DNA of 54,503 nt from an uncultured Candidatus Saccharibacteria bacterium (GTDB taxonomy: Bacteria > Patescibacteriota > Minisyncoccia > Phycocordibacterales > UBA9973). A program made the position numbers and the translations under genes. The stretch covers positions 1 to 54,503 of the forward strand of contig CAZSFR010000001.1 in the NCBI GenBank assembly GCA_964606295.1, written 5' to 3'. Below the pieces are notes generated by a model. It ran no database searches and had not been told where the DNA came from. It was given only the letters and a program-made list of their open reading frames with translations. Positions 38,501 through 45,702 of the stretch are shown here, in pieces (the stretch's first letter is position 1; every line of letters begins with the position of its first letter).

Positions 38501-39562
38501 TCAGCCTAATATTGCTAGAACCATGCCGACTGTTGCTGAAACGAGAGCGACAATCCAGTAGCGCATAGTCACTTTTGCTTTCGACCAACCACGTAATTCA
38601 AACTGATGATGCAAAAGTGCCACAGTAAAAACTTTTTTTCCAAAAAATGTTTTTGAAACCATTTGAATAATCGCAATGAGTGATGTGATGAAAAGTGGAA
38701 ATGCAATGATTGGTAGTAGTAATACTGAATCTGTCAAAAATGCGATTGTCGAGATTGTGAGTGTGAGTGCCATCATACCTGTTTCCCCCATGTAGAATCG
38801 TGCCGGTGGAATATTGAACCAAAGAAATGAAAGTAGTGCGCCAATTATAACGGAACAAAAAGCGGCGAGGTCTATTTGGTTGTTGAAAAATGTGATACCG
38901 GCAAATGATGCGAAGACCGTAGCTAACAATCCGCCAGAGAGGCCGTCGATGCCATCCACAATGCTCGTTGAGAAAACACCAAGCGTCACAATAATAAAAA
39001 ATGGGATTATCAGAATACCAAGATAGAGTGTGCCGTCAAACGGAACGTGGATAGACGTCATTCCAAGCTTGTAGTAGAACCACGAACCGACGATGAATGC
39101 AAGGATCGAAATAAGCAACACTTTCACATATCGCACAAAAATAGGATCTCCGACAAGCTTCTTTGGTGGAAAGACTTGCAAGAGGTCATCAGCTAATCCC
39201 ATAAGTGCCCCAATGAAAAGTGTTGCAATAGGGACAAAGGTTTGATTTCGACTCAGAAACTCTAACTTAGACGTTATGGAGTTTGGAAAGATGATGTATA
39301 TAACGAAAAAAAGTCCTATTGTAAGAAATACAGCTATCCACACTATCATGCCACCAACACGAGGTGTCTCTGTCTCAATGCTGTCATTTGCTATTTCCTC
39401 CATATGATTTATTGCTGGCAGACTCTGACTCCTCCCGTGTCTTCTCCAAAGTCTCCACTTATAAAAGTAGTGCGAAAAAAGTGGAGTTATGCCAATACCT
39501 ATCAGAAAGGCTAAAGTCGCAGGAAGAAATATTTTGACTGCATTTATGTAAGCGAGATCCAT
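38501..39562 (-). CDS. mraY: phospho-N-acetylmuramoyl-pentapeptide transferase
   Basis: A polytopic protein with DDLLQV, DGIDGL and HHQFEL motifs. Confidence 0.92.
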   Translation of the reverse strand: MDLAYINAVKIFLPATLAFLIGIGITPLFSHYFYKWRLWRRHGRSQSLPAINHMEEIANDSIETETPRVGGMIVWIAVFLTIGLFFVIYIIFPNSITSKLEFLSRNQTFVPIATLFIGALMGLADDLLQVFPPKKLVGDPIFVRYVKVLLISILAFIVGSWFYYKLGMTSIHVPFDGTLYLGILIIPFFIIVTLGVFSTSIVDGIDGLSGGLLATVFASFAGITFFNNQIDLAAFCSVIIGALLSFLWFNIPPARFYMGETGMMALTLTISTIAFLTDSVLLLPIIAFPLFITSLIAIIQMVSKTFFGKKVFTVALLHHQFELRGWSKAKVTMRYWIVALVSATVGMVLAILG

Positions 39563-39592
39563 ATACTGATATTATAATCTTTAATTTGAATT

Positions 39593-40480
39593 TTAAAAAG
39601 GCGCGAGTTCCTTTTCCATAATACTTTCTACCAAAAGATGCATGTCAGCAAATCTGCCATCCTTAGTTGACCCAAGCACGACAGCAACAACTGGTGAGAG
39701 AATACCCCTATCAAAAATGAAAGCGAGATTTCCTCCAGCGATATCCGTGAGACCTGTTTTAGAACCCAAACGTCCTGGAAATGTGTTGATGTCTTTGTTG
39801 GTATTTTCGACATTGTGAACTATACCTGAAAGTGATGTGAATTTTCGTGACTCTAAGCCAGTTCCTGAGAGTGCCTCAGGAAACTTCTTTGAGAACGCAT
39901 CAAGTAATATTGCGACATCCAAAGCCGTGCCATATGCACCCGCAGTTTCTTCTGCGTCAAGACCGCTTTCGTTATAAAATATTGTCTTCATCATACCTAG
40001 CTCTACTGCCGTCACGTTCATGCTTGCGATGAAAGAGTTGGAGTGAATATTCTCGTACGTTTCTCGAATTGAACGCGCAGCATCGTTCGATGAGACAAGT
40101 AACATAAATTCAATAATATTTGAAAGTTGCCACTTCTCATCTACTAAAAGTCCGTGATCGTCAGGCATCATGAGTGATTGTTTGCTTATAGTTACTACTG
40201 TCTCCTTTGGAAGAGACGAAAGTGCAACATAAGCCGTCATGAGTTTGGTGATTGATGCAAGCGGAAGAACAGTCTCTTCATTTTTTTTGAACAGTACTTT
40301 TTCTGTGTTTGGGTCATAGGCAAAAAGAGATTCAGCAAGAAAAATTTCATTAGAGGACTCTTCTGCTCTGGTATCAACGATTTGTTCTGGCTGAGGTGCC
40401 TTCTCGAGAAAAAACGCTCCAATGAGCACGAGAACAAAGAAAGATGCTACGTACAAATCTTTTATATTAAAGCCCAGCAT
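39593..40480 (-). CDS. D-alanyl-D-alanine carboxypeptidase (S11, PBP5-like)
   Basis: SxxK (ASITKLM), SxN (SSND) and KTG (SKTGLT). Confidence 0.8.
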   Translation of the reverse strand: MLGFNIKDLYVASFFVLVLIGAFFLEKAPQPEQIVDTRAEESSNEIFLAESLFAYDPNTEKVLFKKNEETVLPLASITKLMTAYVALSSLPKETVVTISKQSLMMPDDHGLLVDEKWQLSNIIEFMLLVSSNDAARSIRETYENIHSNSFIASMNVTAVELGMMKTIFYNESGLDAEETAGAYGTALDVAILLDAFSKKFPEALSGTGLESRKFTSLSGIVHNVENTNKDINTFPGRLGSKTGLTDIAGGNLAFIFDRGILSPVVAVVLGSTKDGRFADMHLLVESIMEKELAPF

Positions 40481-40483
40481 AGG

Positions 40484-41035
40484 TTAGGATGCTGGCTCAT
40501 TAACTGCCGATTCTGAGGCGTTGTTCATGAGAGTTTTGTAATACTCAGCAAAGTTTGGCAAGGCTTCGACAGTATTAACGCCAAGATATTGTAGTAAATC
40601 AAAAGATGGTTTGTACATATACGCACGAGCGTCATTGGAATCTTGTTCTCGTTCTATCAATCCTCGAACAAGTAGATTTCGTATAATGAAACTTGAATTC
40701 ACACCGCGGATGTAGTCGATAGTCCCACGAGTCGCCCGTTTTCTATAAAGTATTATAGCAATTGTTTCAAGGGACGCTTTTGAAAGTTCCTTTGATAATT
40801 CCTCCTTCCGGATAGCTTCAAAAAATATTCCGAGCTCTGGATGAGTTCCGAGAGAGTAGTCATCGTCACGTTTTAGAAGCACAATCCCCCGTTCCGATAG
40901 ACATGCCTCCAGTTCACGAATACCATCGTCGCATTCAGTGCTCGTTATCTTTAGTAATTTTACAATATCGTTCTTTGATATTGGCTCTCCTCTAAAGAAC
41001 AGAAGTGATTCAATTTTTGCGCTTGTTGAAATCAT
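40484..41035 (-). CDS. scpB: segregation and condensation protein B
   Basis: IESLLFFRGEPIS and tandem wHTH. It lies adjacent to scpA. Confidence 0.85.
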   Translation of the reverse strand: MISTSAKIESLLFFRGEPISKNDIVKLLKITSTECDDGIRELEACLSERGIVLLKRDDDYSLGTHPELGIFFEAIRKEELSKELSKASLETIAIILYRKRATRGTIDYIRGVNSSFIIRNLLVRGLIEREQDSNDARAYMYKPSFDLLQYLGVNTVEALPNFAEYYKTLMNNASESAVNEPAS

Positions 41036-41037
41036 AA

Positions 41038-41799
41038 TTAATCTTGAGAGATGTCGCTGATAATTTCTGTTTTGATAAATGTTATGTCGCCAAACTCACT
41101 TTGTTGTAAGACATCCATGAGGCCAAGTCTGACGACTTCCAGCATAGCAAGGAATGACACTATAACAAAGACTTTTGCTTCAGCAGGACTCTTCGTACCA
41201 GCTTCGGTAAGAGATTTGAATGAGAGTTCTGTCGCTTTCGACAGTCTCTCCGTCAGATTATTAATCGCATCCTCAATGCTCATCATCTTTTGAATTTCGA
41301 CTTCTGGTTTTGCTATCTCTGGTTGCGGTAGTGCTGAGATAACACTTGTTATCGATGCCAGCATTCTCTCCTTTGTTAGAGATTGGTCAGGGCTAAATAC
41401 TGGAGTTGCAAAATCTCTTTCAGGTGCAGGGTAAATAATGCGGACGCCATACAAATTTGCAAGTGGCTCTAGAGATTCTTTGATTACTTGATACATCCGC
41501 AAACGGTTTTCGAGTACTTGTATATCCGTTTCCTCCTCGCGAGTCAACGAAAGGTTTGGGAGTAGAGATTTTGATTTGATGAGAATGAGAGTAGAAGCAA
41601 TTGAAAGGAATTGTGTCATAAGTCCCAAGTTCTCACTTGACAAATTTTTCATGTACGCCAAATACTCTTCCGTAACGAGCGCCAAAGATATATCGTTGAT
41701 ATGAAGTTTGCGCGACTCAACAAGCTCGAGTAGAAGCTCGAGTGGTCCCTCGAAAACAGTGCTTTTGACTTTAAATTCGTGCAAAGTTGTCTCTGACAT
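41038..41799 (-). CDS. scpA: segregation and condensation protein A
   Basis: VFEGPLELLLELVESRKLHINDISLA. TACAAT lies 6 nt before the ATG at 41799; the ORF is open to 41898. Confidence 0.85.
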   Translation of the reverse strand: MSETTLHEFKVKSTVFEGPLELLLELVESRKLHINDISLALVTEEYLAYMKNLSSENLGLMTQFLSIASTLILIKSKSLLPNLSLTREEETDIQVLENRLRMYQVIKESLEPLANLYGVRIIYPAPERDFATPVFSPDQSLTKERMLASITSVISALPQPEIAKPEVEIQKMMSIEDAINNLTERLSKATELSFKSLTEAGTKSPAEAKVFVIVSFLAMLEVVRLGLMDVLQQSEFGDITFIKTEIISDISQD

Positions 41800-42315
41800 G
41801 GATCCATTGTAACTTTTTGTGAGGATTTGTGCCACACTACGCGGGGCTGTTATACTACAAATTAGTATATAAAAATCAAATTCATGCCTGAATTTCAACC
41901 TGACAACTCGCTACATTTTTCTCCGGCGCTGGAAGTAGCACCTGCGCTTCCGACTAACGTCATGTTTTTTGGACAACTTCAATCTGCGAATCAAGTAGAT
42001 AGAAAAATTACACAGTGCACATTTAAAGTTGTTCAAGGTAGCAAGGACAAAAGCTCTTATTGTATTCAGGTTCACATTGAAAACGAAAAGACTCCTTTTG
42101 CGGTGAAGGACAGAATGTTTCTTACCGCTGAGCATTAGGGTAAGAATGTGCGATTGAAATCCGAGGTGGTCAATTCTTACAGTCCGTTCTTCACTGGCAC
42201 CACATCTCATTTTGAAGGAGACATGGGTGTAAAAATACTCACTTTTTACCAAATAAAAATAGACGCATAAACTAAAATAAAATTTCGCAATTTGCTCAAT
42301 TATACGAGGGAATTT

Positions 42316-43710
42316 TTATTGCTTTTTTCGTAGATCAATACCCAACTCTCGGAGTTGCTTTTCTGGAATTTCAGACGGAGAGCCCATCATAAGGTCCTTG
42401 CCTTCTCCAGTTTTTGGGAATGCGATTACCTCGCGAATGTTTGGTTCGTTTTGAAGAATCATGACAATGCGATCTATACCCGGTGCAAACCCACCGTGTG
42501 GCGGTGCGCCGTAGGTGAATGCTTCGAGCATGTGACCAAATTTCATCTGCTGTGTTTCTTCTGGTATTTTGAGAAGATCGAATACCTGCTTCTGGATATC
42601 TCGCTCATGGATACGAATGGAACCAGAAGAAAGCTCGTAACCGTTTAACACAAGATCATACGCATTTGCGCGGATGCTGAACATATCTTCTCCACTCATA
42701 AATCTTTCCTTATCTTCTGGTTTAATAGAACAAAATGGATGGTGGACGGCCTGAAGTTCTCCATCATCGGTCTTTTCAAACATTGGAAAATCAAGAATCC
42801 AACAAAACGCAAGTTCGTTCGGATCATTTCTATCCTCGCGCAAATCTGGCTTGTCAGAGCCATGTTTCTCAACACTTTCAGCGTAGGTAAGCCGTGGAAA
42901 CGGAAGTGATGTTATTTTCTTTTCTGGATATAGATTTGTAACAAGCTTGATAAACATTTCTTCCGTATACGCCAGCACATCTTCTTGTTCAACAAATGAC
43001 ATCTCGAAATCGAGTTGTGTGAACTCTGGTTGTCTGTCTCCGCGCGTGTCTTCGTCACGCATACATCGTGCAATTTGGAAGTAACGCTCAAATCCCGCGA
43101 CCATTGAGAGTTGTTTGAACTGTTGTGGAGATTGTGGAAGTGCATAGAATTTTCCATTCTCAAGTCGCGAAGGAACGAGGTATTCGCGTGAACCCTCCGG
43201 TGTTCCCTTCATCAAAATTGGTGTCTCGATTTCAACAAAATCATTTTTGTGCATGTAATCGCGGAAGAAAGTGATGATTTTGTCGCGCATGCGGATGTTC
43301 TTTTGCATTCGTTTACTTCGGAGATCAAGATAACGATATTTGAGTCTAACTTCCTCTCCAACTTCCATCGTGTCACCAGAGGGGTCAAAGGGTGGTGTTT
43401 CAGCCTTGTTCAAAACCTTTATTCCTAATATTTCAAGCTCTATGTCTCCGTTTTGTTTGTCAGCTTGTTTGTTCCGCTCTGGTCGTTCGTTTACCTTGCC
43501 GGTGACCTCTACAACCCACTCTGGTCGTAGCGTCTTTCCTACTTCCATAGCCTCCGTGCTGTTTGGAAGGATCACACCTTGGACATAGCCTGACATATCT
43601 CGAAAATCGAGAAATATCATTTTCCCTTGGTCGCGACGCACGTCCACCCAGCCCATGATCGTCACCTCTTCTCCTTTTTTCGCACTCAAGTCTCGTATGT
43701 ATGTTCTCAT
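42316..43710 (-). CDS. aspS: aspartyl-tRNA synthetase, short type (about 464 aa, no room for a GAD insertion domain)
   Basis: An OB-fold N-terminus (GWVDVRRDQGKMIFLDFRD) and class II motifs (FQIARCMRDED, GGFAPGIDR). The start is set at MRTYIRDL; upstream codons of the ORF belong to the T-box leader. Confidence 0.9.
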   Translation of the reverse strand: MRTYIRDLSAKKGEEVTIMGWVDVRRDQGKMIFLDFRDMSGYVQGVILPNSTEAMEVGKTLRPEWVVEVTGKVNERPERNKQADKQNGDIELEILGIKVLNKAETPPFDPSGDTMEVGEEVRLKYRYLDLRSKRMQKNIRMRDKIITFFRDYMHKNDFVEIETPILMKGTPEGSREYLVPSRLENGKFYALPQSPQQFKQLSMVAGFERYFQIARCMRDEDTRGDRQPEFTQLDFEMSFVEQEDVLAYTEEMFIKLVTNLYPEKKITSLPFPRLTYAESVEKHGSDKPDLREDRNDPNELAFCWILDFPMFEKTDDGELQAVHHPFCSIKPEDKERFMSGEDMFSIRANAYDLVLNGYELSSGSIRIHERDIQKQVFDLLKIPEETQQMKFGHMLEAFTYGAPPHGGFAPGIDRIVMILQNEPNIREVIAFPKTGEGKDLMMGSPSEIPEKQLRELGIDLRKKQ

Positions 43711-43925
43711 ATATGTGTAGCCGGGAAACAAAAATCGCCTCCACGAACTATGAATTATTTCATAATTACGCAGGGGCGATTCTTGCGAAACGCGGTGCCA
43801 CCCTACTTTGTTCTCCTCAATCCGACCGATTGCAAGAACCTCATTGTATGTACTACAAGCTATCACTTATAAGCTGTATTTGTTCCTCCCCTTTTGTCAA
43901 AAGGATCAAAGGTAACAACACTATA
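43711..43925 (-). promoter_or_regulatory. T-box leader (riboswitch) of aspS with extended -10 promoter and terminator
   Basis: The minus strand carries TGGTATAGT (-10, 43920-43925), a stem III-like hairpin, the T-box AGUAGGGUGGCACCGCG (43791-43807) and a terminator (43726-43782) ending in UUUUUGUUU. Confidence 0.75.
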
Positions 43926-43940
43926 CCACAGCTTTTCAAA

Positions 43941-43973
43941 TAAAAAAACCGGTAGAAATATTCCACCGGTTTG
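43941..43973 (-). terminator. intrinsic terminator after the 229-aa gene
   Basis: The minus strand reads AAACCGGT-ggaatatttct-ACCGGTTTTTTTATTT. Confidence 0.75.
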
Positions 43974-43989
43974 GACCTTGCAAGCGTAC

Positions 43990-44679
43990 TTATGAAATAA
44001 GACTTTTGGAAGATGCGCCTATGGCAATATCCAAAGGATACATAGATGATAGAACTACATTATTCATTTCTTCCATGATTTCCGAAGTATATTCTTCCGA
44101 TTCAGCTATAATTTGCTCAACCGATTCTTGCATCCAAATCGCATGTTCATCGGCATCTACTTCAATATGTTCATCGATGTAGTTCATGATTGCTTTTGGA
44201 TAGTGATCGAGTACGGCCGGTCGAATTACCTGAAGCATTTTTGGGAATATATGCTCTGTGGCAAGCATGAAACCTGCTTTTTGCGGTTCAGTTGCCTTCT
44301 TCAGCATAAGATTTTCCTGCTGAGCGCGCTTTGTCGCATCCCTGTAGATTGGATCGTTCATATCGATTTTAAGACAGATACTTTCGATAAAGTCATCAAG
44401 AAGCACCATGTGCGCACTACCTCCGCTATATCCTGTCTCACATGCAAGATTGTCAGAGAGCGCTTGTATAAAGCGTTTATTTCTGGCACGTTTGAGCATG
44501 TACCTGAGTCCCGATACCCACCATACACCGTCGGCATAGAGACACTTGATGATCATATCAAGGCCGGCTTTGGAAAGCGTTCGCGCGCTTATCTCATGGT
44601 TAATACGATGGTCCGCCAAACTTTGTTCAGCCGCTACCAGAATTTGCATTACTGCAATCATTGATTCATTTTTTTTCAT
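43990..44679 (-). CDS. heme-oxygenase-like fold protein (CADD/PqqC/TenA-like, possible diiron enzyme)
   Basis: An all-helical composition with candidate ligand pattern E..(8)..H (ACETGYSGGSAH), EH (LATEHIF) and H-x3-D-x3-H (DEHIEVDADEH). Assigned by motif resemblance only. Confidence 0.5.
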   Translation of the reverse strand: MKKNESMIAVMQILVAAEQSLADHRINHEISARTLSKAGLDMIIKCLYADGVWWVSGLRYMLKRARNKRFIQALSDNLACETGYSGGSAHMVLLDDFIESICLKIDMNDPIYRDATKRAQQENLMLKKATEPQKAGFMLATEHIFPKMLQVIRPAVLDHYPKAIMNYIDEHIEVDADEHAIWMQESVEQIIAESEEYTSEIMEEMNNVVLSSMYPLDIAIGASSKSLIS

Positions 44680-44872
44680 TTTTGTTATTTAGTGAATGTA
44701 CTATAAAAAAAATTTTGTGCATCATGATAAGAAGAATTGCTGTTGATCCTAGAATTACAACTGCAAGAAATATATCAGATCGACATAGTGAAAAAATTGA
44801 TTGAAGAATAGTCAGAATCAGTAGCCCTAGTACTATGAATAGAGATACTTTTTGAGTTAAAGTCTTTTTCAT
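44666..44872 (-). CDS. small membrane protein (68 aa, 2 TM)
   Basis: A hydrophobic ORF that overlaps the next gene by 14 nt. TATAAA lies 7 nt before the ATG. Confidence 0.45.
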   Translation of the reverse strand: MKKTLTQKVSLFIVLGLLILTILQSIFSLCRSDIFLAVVILGSTAILLIMMHKIFFIVHSLNNKNEKK

Positions 44873-44976
44873 ATCATTATTTATAATTTTTTAAAGAATA
44901 TTTCTAAATCCATCAGGACTTTGAGGCGAGCGCTATCCGTTCTGATCAGTGCCCACCTGTAAGGCCACATGGTACA

Positions 44977-45004
44977 AACAAAAAACCGGCTGATTGGCCG
45001 ATTG
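44977..45004 (-). terminator. candidate attenuator terminator
   Basis: The minus strand reads AATCGGC-caatca-GCCGGTT followed by TTTTGTTTG. Its 5' arm overlaps CGGCCAAT, which can instead pair with ATTGGCCG at 45043-45050. Confidence 0.5.
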
Positions 45005-45029
45005 CTTCAATGAGAAGTGTATACTACGT

Positions 45030-45101
45030 CAAAAGACGCTCCGGCCAATGAATCTGAGCCACCATGATAAATTATTTAGTATTTTCCCGTTTTCTTTCAT
45101 A
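45030..45101 (-). CDS. 23-codon ORF MKENGKILNNLSWWLRFIGRSVF (candidate leader peptide, tandem Trp codons)
   Basis: TTGACC-17 nt-TACACT lies 7 nt before the ATG, the same geometry as real genes here. TGG TGG is at 45060-45065 and the ORF overlaps alternative RNA helices. Confidence 0.4.
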
Positions 45102-45159
45102 TGTAGCAGTGTACTAGTACGGTGGTAAATGGTCAAGCAGGTTCGCTAAAATGTGTGGA

Positions 45160-45192
45160 TAACTAAAAAACTGCCTATTTAGCAGTTTTTTT
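45160..45192 (-). terminator. intrinsic terminator closing the trpS operon
   Basis: AAAAAACTGC-taaatag-GCAGTTTTTT; the stop codon sits in the loop. Confidence 0.7.
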
Positions 45193-45465
45193 GAATATCT
45201 TTGAGAAGGAACCGTGTGGGTCGTCAAGTTCCTTTACTCCCCTTTCCACCGTTGCAACACCTACGCCAAGAGAGCGCGAGATGTAGCGATGCGTTTTCCC
45301 TTGCGCAAGCATTTTGACGATTTGAATACGGATGATCATTTCGCGATATTCGTTCTCAGTTAGTAAGTCCTTAAGGAATTCATCCAACTCGTTAGCAGAT
45401 TTCATTTTTTTGAAAAGTGCTATTAATTCGTTATGCCACTCTTTTTTCATGGTCTTTTTGCGCAT
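45175..45465 (-). CDS. TrpR-family (YerC/YecD-like) DNA-binding protein
   Basis: LFKKMKSANELDEFLKDLLTENEYREM..RIQIVKMLAQGKTHRYISRSLGVGVATVERG matches the Trp-repressor-like YerC/YecD pattern. The ORF is open to 45510 (TTG); the ATG at 45465 follows the upstream stop. Confidence 0.75.
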   Translation of the reverse strand: MRKKTMKKEWHNELIALFKKMKSANELDEFLKDLLTENEYREMIIRIQIVKMLAQGKTHRYISRSLGVGVATVERGVKELDDPHGSFSKIFKKTAK

Positions 45466-45466
45466 A

Positions 45467-45676
45467 TTAGTGGCTGTGCATGCTTTCGAATGCGTTGCAG
45501 ATAGGTCCAAAAGGGAGAGAGATTGCTATCAAGAATATTTCGAGTGGTTTGGTGTAAGGATGATTTTTCTTGCGCAGATATTCAATGCATTTCTCTAGAC
45601 CCAAGTGAATGGCAAAAAAGACAGCAACGATGATGCCGAGAATGAGTTTGATGATGAACATAATAACTTCTCCCAT
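45467..45676 (-). CDS. small membrane protein (69 aa)
   Basis: A hydrophobic ORF between trpS and the TrpR-like gene. Confidence 0.45.
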   Translation of the reverse strand: MGEVIMFIIKLILGIIVAVFFAIHLGLEKCIEYLRKKNHPYTKPLEIFLIAISLPFGPICNAFESMHSH

Positions 45677-45702
45677 AATTTTGATATTATACCATATACA
45701 AA

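Noticed and set aside
41850-42315. tmRNA, RNase P RNA or SRP RNA in the unassigned interval. GGGGCTG at about 41844 resembles a tmRNA 5' end.
   Set aside because: The interval has no tRNA-like 3' end (GGTTCGAnTCC...CCA), no GGAAAGTCCGG P4 motif and no SRP domain IV GGAA-loop consensus on either strand.
44880-44975. A possible TPP or other known riboswitch in front of the TenA/HO-like gene. The segment GGTGGGCACTGATCAGAACGG...AGTCCTGATGG vaguely recalls CUGAGA / CCUGAUCUGG.
   Set aside because: The invariant TPP motifs (CUGAGA, ACCUGAUCUGGAUAAUGCCAGCG) are not present. I could not match the consensus of any other class from memory. A covariance-model scan is still needed.
45175-45245. A possible frameshift near the 3' end of the TrpR-like gene. 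My hand translation around the C-run at about 45239-45242 came out one base short of the tracked 111-aa protein.
   Set aside because: This is most likely my own miscount of a homopolymer run. The computed ORF track gives a continuous protein with a sensible family-like C-terminus, so I defer to the track.
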